64,000 nucleotides of DNA, taken from positions 33,778 to 97,777 of IMG/VR virus record IMGVR_UViG_3300020160_000328. One strand, given 5' to 3'. A program made the position numbers and the translations under genes. Of the stretch, positions 20,461-29,052 are shown piece after piece. Under the pieces are notes generated by a model. The model worked only from the letters and a program-made list of their open reading frames with translations. It ran no database searches and was not told the DNA's origin. Source of the DNA: a virus. How positions within the stretch are numbered: the first letter of the stretch is position 1; every line of letters begins with the position of its first letter.

Positions 20461-21791
20461 TGCACGAAGAAAATAAATACGAAGTAGCAGAAGTAATTGA
20501 AGATAAGGGAACAATAGTACCTGACTTTGATTTAGATAGATTAGCTAAAGACATTGATGATGTCTTTCAAAAGCAATTAGAAAGAAAAATAAGTGAACTT
20601 AGATTAGATTCTAATAAATTGTTACATGAAGTTGATGATAAATTAACTGAACAATTTACAGGATTTAAACAAAGAGTTGACTCTATATTTCCTGATATTA
20701 AAGAAAGATTAGTAGAGGAAATACAAAGAGGTAGAACTATTATTGTTTTACCTAGTACACAAGAAATTAATGTACAACATATGGATCATCCTGTAACTGA
20801 AGGTGCTATTAAATCACTACAGTTACAAAGAAAACTTATGTTAGTAGGTCCAGCAGGAACAGGTAAGACTACAATGGTAGAGAAAATAGCAAAATCATTA
20901 GATATTGCATTTTATAAATACTCTTGTTCTAGAGATTCATCTGTACATGATTTATTAGGTTATAAACAACCAACTTCAGAAACATATTTAGAAACAACAT
21001 TTCTAAATGCTTATGAAAATGGTGGTATATTCCTTGTAGATGAATATGATGCAATGTCTGGAGATATGGCTCTATTCTTTAATGGTGTAGCAGATAATTC
21101 TAAATTCATATCTATTCCTCATAGAGATACTAAACCACAAGCAGAGAAACACAAAGACTTTTATTTAGTTATGTGTGGTAATACTTGGGGTAAAGGTTCT
21201 ACTGATTATTCAGGTAGAGATTTTCAAGATATGGCTCTAATGGATAGATTTAGATTTTGTAGACATCATGTTGGTTATCATCATTTACTTGAAAAAAAGT
21301 TTATGAAACATAATTATGAGAGTATATCAAGATTAAGATCTGCATTAGAAAATGTAGGTTCTTATTTATCTACAAGAAATGTAGAAGATATTGCTATTTT
21401 AATTGAGTGTGATGTACCATTTACTAATATATTGGATATGGTTCTTCAAGATCTTGCAGAAGATGATAAAAGAAGAATTAAAGATTCATTAAGAAGTGAA
21501 AGAGTTACAAAATCAGCACCAGTTCAAAGAGAGGTACAAGAACCACAAAGACCTAATTTTGATCCTACTTTAAATGTTAGAGATGGTCAAGGTAGAATCT
21601 TTAAGTTAACAGATTTAATGAAAGCTTATCCAGTTAATCAACCACATAGAATGGAACAATTAAAGACAAGAGATAAAGTTCTACATGGTAGATACTTAGG
21701 TATGTTAATGCAACAAAGTATACCTACATCTGGTATGGTAAGTAGTGATTGGGAGGACCATAATGGAGTTATTAGATCAAGTAGCTGGTAA
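20460..21791 (+). CDS. AAA+ ATPase, MoxR/CbbQ/CobS-like
   Basis: GPAGTGKT, FLVDEYD, GNTWG, ALMDRF. Confidence 0.85.
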   Translation: MHEENKYEVAEVIEDKGTIVPDFDLDRLAKDIDDVFQKQLERKISELRLDSNKLLHEVDDKLTEQFTGFKQRVDSIFPDIKERLVEEIQRGRTIIVLPSTQEINVQHMDHPVTEGAIKSLQLQRKLMLVGPAGTGKTTMVEKIAKSLDIAFYKYSCSRDSSVHDLLGYKQPTSETYLETTFLNAYENGGIFLVDEYDAMSGDMALFFNGVADNSKFISIPHRDTKPQAEKHKDFYLVMCGNTWGKGSTDYSGRDFQDMALMDRFRFCRHHVGYHHLLEKKFMKHNYESISRLRSALENVGSYLSTRNVEDIAILIECDVPFTNILDMVLQDLAEDDKRRIKDSLRSERVTKSAPVQREVQEPQRPNFDPTLNVRDGQGRIFKLTDLMKAYPVNQPHRMEQLKTRDKVLHGRYLGMLMQQSIPTSGMVSSDWEDHNGVIRSSSW

Positions 21792-22600
21792 TGAAACCAA
21801 CATTCTTATATAAGACCTTAGAATCAGGTTCTAAACTTATAAGATTTGATAATCTAGGTGATATATATTATTTTGATGAAGAAGAGAATAATCCTAGAGG
21901 ATTAGGACATAGAGCTTCAGAAGAATACTTTAGAGATAGAAATATCTTAACATCTAGAAAACAGTTAATGATACAGAAAGCTCAAAAAGAGCTTTCTGTT
22001 GATAAAGAGTTCTTAGATTTAGTTTATAAAGCTAAATCAGCTAAAAGAGATTTTAAGTTAAATAAATTTGGAGGTAATTTATCTATGCCACATTATGCTG
22101 CACAAAATGATAAAGTATTTAAGAAAGGAACACCTGGTGCAAAGAAATCATCTTTGAATATGGCATTCCAAGTAGGTACATTCAGTGGTGGTAATTATGA
22201 TGAATCTTTTACAAGGATACTAAAGACTATATTAATGTGTCAAGCAATGAATATTAGTGTAAGTATTGATGTATTTGATTCAGATACTAGAGCAATAGGT
22301 GGTAGAAATGGTTATGTTATATGTAATGTAGCTAAATCTAATGAAAAGATAAACTTCAGAAATATATTAGCTTCATCTCATTCAGATTTCTTTAGTACTA
22401 CATTATTTAATGGTTATAGTGCTTCAGGATGTCAAGAACATATTGGTAGATTTCTTCCACAATCTTTAATTGTGAGAGATTTAGGTCCAATGTATGATGT
22501 CATTGGAGGTAATATGCTATTAGATGGTATGGAAGATGAACAAAAACAAAAACAAATGGTAAGTAAAATTCTTAAAATAGGTATCAATGGGTCAAGATAA
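21791..22600 (+). CDS. Putative vWA-like partner of the AAA+ ATPase
   Basis: Translationally coupled to the ATPase; alpha/beta pattern; no clear MIDAS motif. Confidence 0.4.
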   Translation: MKPTFLYKTLESGSKLIRFDNLGDIYYFDEEENNPRGLGHRASEEYFRDRNILTSRKQLMIQKAQKELSVDKEFLDLVYKAKSAKRDFKLNKFGGNLSMPHYAAQNDKVFKKGTPGAKKSSLNMAFQVGTFSGGNYDESFTRILKTILMCQAMNISVSIDVFDSDTRAIGGRNGYVICNVAKSNEKINFRNILASSHSDFFSTTLFNGYSASGCQEHIGRFLPQSLIVRDLGPMYDVIGGNMLLDGMEDEQKQKQMVSKILKIGINGSR

Positions 22601-22985
22601 CATTACAATAGACAAAACTTATTTTAAGTTACCAGGAGATAATAACTCTGATAGTTCAGGAAACTCTGAAAAGTCTGATAGTTCAAATAACTATATGGAT
22701 TTCACATCAACACCTAATAAAAAAACTTCAGAACAATTGAGGGAGTTAGATATGATGTCAATGATGGAGGAATTTCAAGAAATTGAGAATAAAAGAAAAC
22801 AAAAAAAACAAGAACAATCATCACCTGTAGAAGATGAAGAGCTAGATGAAGATCTAGAAGATAATGTACAAAATGGAGATGAGCCATCAGGTGAAGGTTC
22901 TTGGCAAAGTGGGAACAATAGTTTAGAGAATGTTCCATCTGAAAGATTTTCAGTAGATAAGAAATTAAGAAATTTCTTCAACTAA
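22587..22985 (+). CDS. Acidic low-complexity protein
   Basis: D/E/S/N-rich. Confidence 0.5.
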   Translation: MGQDNITIDKTYFKLPGDNNSDSSGNSEKSDSSNNYMDFTSTPNKKTSEQLRELDMMSMMEEFQEIENKRKQKKQEQSSPVEDEELDEDLEDNVQNGDEPSGEGSWQSGNNSLENVPSERFSVDKKLRNFFN

Positions 22986-22992
22986 AATAAAA

Positions 22993-23325
22993 ATGTCCTT
23001 AGATAAAAATAAGAAAGTAATCAGACCCAATAATAGTAAGTCTGATAACAAGCGAAGTAAAGTGCTACAACTTTTACACAAAATATTCATTGCGAAATCA
23101 GGAACTGTATCTTATGTATTTCTTTCTGAAAGAATTAGATTTACAAAAGAGAATCCTAATGGTGAGACTTATGCAAATAAGTCTATTATACATAGTGATA
23201 TCAATCCTTTAATCTTTACAAAAGTAGAGAATGGTAGAACTTACAAGAGAAGTCTTGAAGAAGTAGCTAAAGTGTTAGAAGACACTTGTCATGATTTAGG
23301 TGCGAATTATTTTTTAATTGATTAA
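22993..23325 (+). CDS. Hypothetical protein
   Basis: ORF track. Confidence 0.5.
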   Translation: MSLDKNKKVIRPNNSKSDNKRSKVLQLLHKIFIAKSGTVSYVFLSERIRFTKENPNGETYANKSIIHSDINPLIFTKVENGRTYKRSLEEVAKVLEDTCHDLGANYFLID

Positions 23326-23336
23326 TACATAAAGAT

Positions 23337-23594
23337 ATGTCAATAATTATGTTAAAAATGGTAGCTAAAATGATGCCAGTAGAACAACACATTGAGAGAT
23401 TACAAGAAGAACTATTAATTTATAAAATTACTCCTAATAAAGAGAAAAAGAATAATTTGATGTCTTCTTTAATGATCCTTATGACAGCACTTCAAGATGA
23501 AGATAAATCTTTAGAAGATATTATGAAATCTGCTGTAGATGATGAGAGAAAGATGAGTGCTGTGAAGAATATGTTTGATCAAAACACAAACTAA
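23337..23594 (+). CDS. Hypothetical protein
   Basis: ORF track. Confidence 0.5.
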   Translation: MSIIMLKMVAKMMPVEQHIERLQEELLIYKITPNKEKKNNLMSSLMILMTALQDEDKSLEDIMKSAVDDERKMSAVKNMFDQNTN

Positions 23595-24235
23595 TGTCTT
23601 ATAGAGATATCAAGAGAGAAGTGAAGGAGTCTATTGTAGACTCCTTCTATAACTGTCATATTGATACTCCTGTTATAGTAACCACATTAGCTGGACCAAA
23701 CTTTGACAGAATTGCTAGTCTAGCTTATCAATCATTAAATCCAATAGAGATTAACTCTTATGAAATTGATCCTGTTATATTTAAACAACAGGAATTTCAA
23801 TTAGATTGTACTCTATTACCAGAGATTGCAGATATATGTAAGATATATTTTCAAGATATTAATAAATGCTTTGTATCTAACTTTATGGATATAGACCTTA
23901 TGGGAACAATATTAACCCAAGGTAACACAATAAGACAACTATTAGAACAACAGTCTTATCTAGAAGGAACAAAAGTATTTATTGGTACATTCTCTTTAAG
24001 GTTAACAGGAATACAAACAACTCTATCTTATATTAGAAATATAATTGGATTAATTCTCAAATCCACAGTGCACATTGATATGACTCCTAGTTGTGAATTA
24101 AAAGCAACAGGTTTACGTCAACCATATAAGTACAATTATAAATCTACTGTAAGTAAAAGAGTTGAAAGTTTAAATGTATATCATTATTTTGACCAAGCAG
24201 GACCTATGGTGACATTTCGTATTATATACAAATAA
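23594..24235 (+). CDS. Hypothetical protein, possibly a divergent Rossmann/methyltransferase fold
   Basis: TLAGP, YEID, DIDLMG spacing resembles SAM-MTase motifs; weak. Confidence 0.3.
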   Translation: MSYRDIKREVKESIVDSFYNCHIDTPVIVTTLAGPNFDRIASLAYQSLNPIEINSYEIDPVIFKQQEFQLDCTLLPEIADICKIYFQDINKCFVSNFMDIDLMGTILTQGNTIRQLLEQQSYLEGTKVFIGTFSLRLTGIQTTLSYIRNIIGLILKSTVHIDMTPSCELKATGLRQPYKYNYKSTVSKRVESLNVYHYFDQAGPMVTFRIIYK

Positions 24236-24261
24236 TTGTCAAATAAAATTGAACTAAAAAC

Positions 24262-25953
24262 ATGACTAAATCTAATTCAAAATTAGCTAGTATTATAGGT
24301 GAAAAAAAGCCTAAACAAGAATTAGTAGAAGCTAAAGCTATCCCAAAACCTGATGCTAAGAATCAACAAGGATTACCTGCTTATACACAAGATATGTGGT
24401 TAAAATTACTTACAATGTTAAATACATTGAAGTTACAACCACAATATTACAGAACAGAACAGAAGACATTAAAGGAATTACAAGATCTTATTAAGCTTTG
24501 TGCTACACAAGATTTGTATTTTACTTGTCAATGTATTGTATATTCTAGATGTCTTGGAGAAGGTATGAGAACTATTTCTCATGCAGCAGCAGTATTTGTA
24601 GCTCCTTACATTTCAGGTCAAGAATACTCTAAAAGATTCTATGGACCTTGGGATAAGAAAAAGAAAAGAGGTGGATTAATCTATAGACCTGATGATATGA
24701 GTGAAATCATATCAGGATTTGTAGCTTTAAATGGTGAGTATAAAACTACCACTATTACCACAAAAGAAGGTACTTCTACTACTGTAGATATTTCAGGTAC
24801 TAAGTTAACTAATGCAATGAAGAAAGGTTTTAAAGCTGCTATTGAATCATATGATACATATAGTTTGCTTAAATACAAATCTTCATTAATTGATGTTATT
24901 AATTTAGTACATCCAAAACCTTCAGAATCTCAAGCTACTGTTAAAGTAGAAGGAGAAGATGTTTACACTATTGATGCTATTATGAGAGGTATGAATGTAC
25001 TAGCTGAAACTTGGGAAGTATCTCAAGGTGAAGCAGGTCAGATAGTAGCTAAAGCTGTAAAAGAAGGTAAACTAGATGAAACTGAAGCTAAAGAAGTATT
25101 AACTCAAGCTAAAGCTGATAATTGGGCTGAATTGTTAGATAATAACAAATTACCTATACTAGCTTGTCTAAGAAACTTAAGAAACATTCTTATTAACAAT
25201 CCTACACAGGCTACTGTTGATAAAGTATGTGCATTAGTTTCTAATCCTAAGTTAATACTTGAAGGAAAGATATTTCCTTATCAATTAGATTTATCTAATG
25301 AGATTATGCTTACTGAGTTTAATGATGGTAAAGCAAGACAAATATCACAAGCATTAGCTAAAGGATATGAACTAGCTATACCTAATCTTAAAGCTTTATT
25401 ACCAGGTGATAATGTAATCTATTTAGACCAATCAGGTTCAATGGGTACACCTATTATATTGAGTGGTAAAGATAGAAAGTATGGTAAATCTCAATGTATT
25501 GATAAAGCTGCCCTAATTGCTGCTACAATAGCTAAAGCAACTAATGCTGATATTATTGTATTTGGTTCAACTGCTAAATATGTATCTTATAATCCTAATT
25601 TAGATGTATTCACATTAGCTAAACAATTATCTTCTGCTCATATGGGTGGAACTAATTTGTCTACAGCTTGGAATGCAGCTCAAAACTCTGGTAAGAAATA
25701 TGATAGAGTATTTATCTTATCAGATAATGAAGTAAATCAAGGTAGTACATATAATGCTTATACATCTTATTTAAGAGCTGTAGGTAGTCCTTATGTATAT
25801 TCTGTAGATCTAGCTGCTTATGGTACAAATTGTATTGCAGGTGATAAAGTTAGATATTACTATGGTTATGGATTTAGTATGTTTGATGATATTGCATCAT
25901 CAGAATTTAATGCTAATTATCATATTGAGAAAGTTAAACAAGTAATTATATAA
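24262..25953 (+). CDS. Ro60/TROVE-vWA RNA-binding protein
   Basis: N.QG.PAY start, GMRTISH, RPDDMSE, MKKG, LKY...L.DVINLVHPKP, LRNLRNIL; vWA MIDAS DQSGSM, GGTNLS, ILSDNE. Confidence 0.9.
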   Translation: MTKSNSKLASIIGEKKPKQELVEAKAIPKPDAKNQQGLPAYTQDMWLKLLTMLNTLKLQPQYYRTEQKTLKELQDLIKLCATQDLYFTCQCIVYSRCLGEGMRTISHAAAVFVAPYISGQEYSKRFYGPWDKKKKRGGLIYRPDDMSEIISGFVALNGEYKTTTITTKEGTSTTVDISGTKLTNAMKKGFKAAIESYDTYSLLKYKSSLIDVINLVHPKPSESQATVKVEGEDVYTIDAIMRGMNVLAETWEVSQGEAGQIVAKAVKEGKLDETEAKEVLTQAKADNWAELLDNNKLPILACLRNLRNILINNPTQATVDKVCALVSNPKLILEGKIFPYQLDLSNEIMLTEFNDGKARQISQALAKGYELAIPNLKALLPGDNVIYLDQSGSMGTPIILSGKDRKYGKSQCIDKAALIAATIAKATNADIIVFGSTAKYVSYNPNLDVFTLAKQLSSAHMGGTNLSTAWNAAQNSGKKYDRVFILSDNEVNQGSTYNAYTSYLRAVGSPYVYSVDLAAYGTNCIAGDKVRYYYGYGFSMFDDIASSEFNANYHIEKVKQVII

Positions 25954-25955
25954 AA

Positions 25956-26204
25956 ATGGCAGTATTTACAGCAAAGGATAAGATCCAAGAATTAAAAGAT
26001 AAGAGTGCTAATGCACTATCAATCTTTAGAAAGACAGTCTCTGATTTGAATGGAGTTAATAACTCTATTACATCAGAGATTAAAGACAGAGAGAGTAAAA
26101 TAGTTGCATTGAAAGATGAATGTACTTCACTTAGTGGAATACAATCAGAAAACACTCAATTTATTACTAAAATTAATGAGTTCTTAGGAACTCCAAATTC
26201 TTAA
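25956..26204 (+). CDS. Coiled-coil hypothetical protein
   Basis: Heptad pattern; directly after the TROVE gene. Confidence 0.55.
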   Translation: MAVFTAKDKIQELKDKSANALSIFRKTVSDLNGVNNSITSEIKDRESKIVALKDECTSLSGIQSENTQFITKINEFLGTPNS

Positions 26205-26207
26205 GTT

Positions 26208-26534
26208 ATGTTTATAGATTATAAAGATCAAGAATTAGCTTTTAGATTTAGACACAACACAAATCCTTCTATTGATATCCCAAGAGGTACTGAATGTACT
26301 GTTACAGATAGAGAAGGTAATTTTGTAGCTAAATCATTTGCAAAATTACATCCAAAGGATAACTTTGATAAAGCTAAAGGTAGAGAAATTGCCTTTGGAA
26401 GAGCTTTACAAGAGTTTGTACCAAAAGAGGATAGATTCCAATTTTGGGAAAAGTATTCTAATTGGAGAACAGAATTTCCTAGAATAGTTCTAGGAACAAA
26501 GAAACCAGCTAAAGATAAATTAACAATAGTATGA
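26208..26534 (+). CDS. Conserved phage hypothetical protein
   Basis: HPKDNFDKAKGREIAFGRAL motif common in phage proteins. Confidence 0.55.
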   Translation: MFIDYKDQELAFRFRHNTNPSIDIPRGTECTVTDREGNFVAKSFAKLHPKDNFDKAKGREIAFGRALQEFVPKEDRFQFWEKYSNWRTEFPRIVLGTKKPAKDKLTIV

Positions 26535-26917
26535 AAAAAGTAATTTTCTTAGTGCTTTTAAGCATTATGTTTATCTCTTGTAGTGAAAACTACAGTAATG
26601 GAGAAAGAGTAGGTTATGTAACCAAGTTTTCTGAAAAGGGACTCTTATTCAAATCACATGAAGGTGAATTAAACTTGTCACAAACAGGTATGAACTCAGC
26701 AGGAGTGTTTGAATTTTCCATTGACAATGATAATGTACCAGTAGATGTTGTTAAGAAATTAGATTCAGCTCAGAGGACTGGTGATAGGGTAAAACTTATA
26801 TATCATGAAACTATAGGTTGGAATTGGTTTGGCAACAGAGGAGATACAAATCACTTTGTAACTACTTGTGAAATACTCACAAATAAGTCTGTTGTGAAAG
26901 ATACAATTAAGAATTAA
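26531..26917 (+). CDS. Lipoprotein
   Basis: FISC lipobox; YS.GER.G...KFS.KG..FK..EGEL pattern. Confidence 0.65.
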   Translation: MKKVIFLVLLSIMFISCSENYSNGERVGYVTKFSEKGLLFKSHEGELNLSQTGMNSAGVFEFSIDNDNVPVDVVKKLDSAQRTGDRVKLIYHETIGWNWFGNRGDTNHFVTTCEILTNKSVVKDTIKN

Positions 26918-26929
26918 TAAAAATATTTA

Positions 26930-26980
26930 AAATATTTAACCTATCTCTTGGTAGGTTAAATATTTTTCTTTAAATTTGCA
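26930..26980 (+). promoter_or_regulatory. Promoter of the RNA island with overlapping inverted repeat
   Basis: TAAATTTGCA at 26971-26980; aaatatttaaccta/taggttaaatattt inverted repeat. Confidence 0.55.
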
Positions 26981-26988
26981 CAGTTGAA

Positions 26989-27192
26989 ATGGAAATAACT
27001 ATTGATAAGACCTATTTACTTAAACCTCTTATAGTTGATGTGAAAGTAGCTAGTGATGGTAAGTTAAGAGATATATTAACTTTAGTAGGACATATGTATC
27101 TATATGGTAGAATAAAAGGTAGATATAGTTATCATAAAATCCTTGATGAAGCAATTGAAGAAGAAACAAAAAGAAGAAAAACAAGGGAGTGA
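26989..27192 (+). CDS. Hypothetical protein; stop codon lies inside the tmRNA 5' end
   Basis: ORF track. Confidence 0.45.
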   Translation: MEITIDKTYLLKPLIVDVKVASDGKLRDILTLVGHMYLYGRIKGRYSYHKILDEAIEEETKRRKTRE

Positions 27193-27522
27193 CATGGAAT
27201 TGACTACCTATTATATAGTATATAATTCAGCCTAGAGAGATAACTAGTAAAACTAAGGTGAAATAAGTAAATGGAAAAGATTCAAAACAAATCGAAGCTA
27301 ACATGACTGTAGTACATAACATCTTAAATGGTGGTGTATCAGTTAAATCAACTCAAAGAGTAGAAATGGCATTAGCAGCATAAAACTTATAGGTTAGTAA
27401 GTTCCTTAATACTTACAAAGCATACAAAAATATCTAACTTAAAGATATAAAAGAAAAGTAAGCTGTAAAAAATTATATATCTTGAAGTATGTAACACGGG
27501 AGTTCGAGTCTCCCCACTTCCA
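27185..27522 (+). ncRNA. ssrA: tmRNA
   Basis: GGGAGTG/CACTTCC-A acceptor with G3:U, 5' GACATGGAATTGAC, T-arm GGGAGTTCGAGTCTCCC, tag frame ending MALAA-stop at 27383. Confidence 0.92.
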
Positions 27523-27534
27523 CAATATAATACA

Positions 27535-27649
27535 ATAGGGTAGTTATAGTAAACTTACTTCGTGAAATTGGTATACACATTTGTCTTAAGAACAAACTTT
27601 TGCTGGTTCAAGTCCAGCAGTAATAAATGTTTACTAACTTTCTCCCTAT
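27535..27649 (+). ncRNA. Y-RNA-like scaffold copy 1; cargo is an acceptor-less tRNA-Leu(TAA) mimic
   Basis: ataggg/ccctat, tagtaaac/gtttacta, TTACTTCG; D-, anticodon and T-arms inside. Confidence 0.75.
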
Positions 27650-27653
27650 AAAT

Positions 27654-27726
27654 GGTCTATAGGTCAAATGGTTAAGATATCCCACTGTCTCTGGGTATGG
27701 AAAGGGTTCGACTCCCTTATAGACTG
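27654..27726 (+). tRNA. tRNA-Asp(GTC)
   Basis: Cloverleaf; loop CTGTCTC. Confidence 0.85.
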
Positions 27727-27728
27727 CA

Positions 27729-27850
27729 AATAAGAATAGTAATAATTAACTTACTTCGTGCTTTTTGGAAAGCATTTCACTTTTAATGAAACAATCAGGT
27801 TCAAATCCTGCGGGAGAGATCCCACTAGTTAATTAAATTTCTTTCTTATT
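27729..27850 (+). ncRNA. Y-RNA-like scaffold copy 2; cargo is an acceptor-less tRNA-Lys(TTT) mimic plus a GAGA hairpin
   Basis: aataagaa/ttcttatt, taattaac/gttaatta, TTACTTCG. Confidence 0.75.
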
Positions 27851-27854
27851 ATTT

Positions 27855-27926
27855 GCCAAATTAACACAATGGTAGTGTACTGCATTTGTAACGCAGAGGT
27901 TATAAGTTCGAATCTTATATTTGGCT
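27855..27926 (+). tRNA. tRNA-Thr(TGT)
   Basis: Cloverleaf GCCAAAT/ATTTGGC. Confidence 0.85.
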
Positions 27927-27956
27927 CAATGTGTTCATTGATTTATTGGTTATAAT

Positions 27957-28030
27957 AGCTCTATAGCTCATTAGGATAGAGCAACAGATTTCTAATCTGT
28001 GGGTGGTAGGTTCGAATCCTACTAGGGCTA
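27957..28030 (+). tRNA. tRNA-Arg(TCT)
   Basis: Cloverleaf; loop TTTCTAA. Confidence 0.9.
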
Positions 28031-28034
28031 CTAC

Positions 28035-28251
28035 AAGAGTGGTAAAAAATAGGTTACTTCGCAAAAATTCTATGAGAGTTCTTCTCATAAAACTTGATAC
28101 TAATGGTATCTTACTAAACACTATGAAAATTAGACAGTTAAATGGGGTAAATTTAAACAAACGAAATTTAACAAACTTTTACTAATTTAGTTATAAATTG
28201 GAACCTTTATTGGAAGGATAAACCAATAACCCTATTTTTAATTTCCCTCTT
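28035..28251 (+). ncRNA. Y-RNA-like scaffold copy 3; cargo is a multi-hairpin insert of about 170 nt
   Basis: aagag/ctctt, aaaatagg/cctatttt, TTACTTCG. Confidence 0.7.
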
Positions 28252-28256
28252 TTTAA

Positions 28257-28342
28257 GGACTGATAGCCTAGAGGTCAGGCAGCAGACTGTTAATCTGCCC
28301 AAAGGAGCAATCCCTACATTGGTTCGAATCCAATTCAGTCTT
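28257..28342 (+). tRNA. tRNA-Asn(GTT) with long variable arm
   Basis: GCAGA-CTGTTAA-TCTGC; variable region of about 19 nt. Confidence 0.8.
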
Positions 28343-28345
28343 CAA

Positions 28346-28412
28346 AGGAATAGTAATATAAGAGTTACTTCGTAAGCTATACAAAAAATAAACTCTTATA
28401 ATTTTCTTTCCT
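28346..28412 (+). ncRNA. Y-RNA-like scaffold copy 4 (minimal)
   Basis: aggaa/ttcct, tataagag/ctcttata, TTACTTCG. Confidence 0.75.
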
Positions 28413-28416
28413 AAAT

Positions 28417-28490
28417 GGTCTTTTAGCTCAATTGGTTAGAGCAGTCCCCTCATAAGGGAAAGGTTCCAGGTTCAAGTCCTGGGAGGACCA
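28417..28490 (+). tRNA. tRNA-Met/Ile2(CAT)
   Basis: Cloverleaf; loop CTCATAA. Confidence 0.85.
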
Positions 28491-28566
28491 CAAATAGTAT
28501 ACTAAAAACAGCACTACAACAGTAATTTATATAGAGTGTGATTGTTTACTGATGTACTATTTATTT

Positions 28567-28637
28567 ACCTTGTTTGCATAATGGAAGTGCCATTGTTTTA
28601 CATGCAATAGGAGGTAGTTCGATTCTACCACAAGGTA
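28567..28637 (+). tRNA. tRNA-Val(TAC)
   Basis: ACCTTGT/ACAAGGT; loop TTTACAT. Confidence 0.8.
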
Positions 28638-28642
28638 CAAAC

Positions 28643-28715
28643 GCATCGTAGCTTATGGAAGCAACAGGTCTCCAAAACCTTGTATGGAGTAGGTTCGATT
28701 CCTACACTTTGTGCA
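28643..28715 (+). tRNA. tRNA-Trp(CCA)-like, irregular acceptor stem
   Basis: Loop CTCCAAA and good T-arm; acceptor only partly paired. Confidence 0.6.
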
Positions 28716-28718
28716 AAA

Positions 28719-28791
28719 GGGTCTCTGGTGTAACTGGTGTGCACGCTAGTCTGAAGAACTAGAGGATAAGGTTCGAGTCCTCGGGCTTCCA
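28719..28791 (+). tRNA. tRNA-Phe(GAA), mismatched acceptor
   Basis: CTAGT-CTGAAGA-ACTAG. Confidence 0.7.
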
Positions 28792-28807
28792 CAAATAAAT
28801 TAAAGTT

Positions 28808-28969
28808 ATGGGTTACAAAGATGAAAATATAAAACACAGAGTAGGTGTATTAACACCTAAGAAAGGTTTTAAATGTCCTAAATGTGGGGATGATAAGATC
28901 TATACAAAAGCAAGCCTTGTTGTATGTCCTTCTTGTAAGAAGATAGTTGAAGGTAAAGATTTAAAATAA
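28808..28969 (+). CDS. Small Zn-ribbon protein (53 aa)
   Basis: MGYKDE...CPKCG...CPSCKK. Confidence 0.6.
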   Translation: MGYKDENIKHRVGVLTPKKGFKCPKCGDDKIYTKASLVVCPSCKKIVEGKDLK

Positions 28970-28976
28970 AATATAT

Positions 28977-29051
28977 TGTGGAGTGGACTGGAAGTGGTGC
29001 CAGCTCAGTCTCATAAGCTGAATTATGTGAGTTCGAGTCTCACCTCCGCAA
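28977..29051 (+). tRNA. tRNA-Met(CAT), initiator-like
   Basis: TGTGGAG/CTCCGCA-A; loop CTCATAA. Confidence 0.75.
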
Positions 29052-29052
29052 C

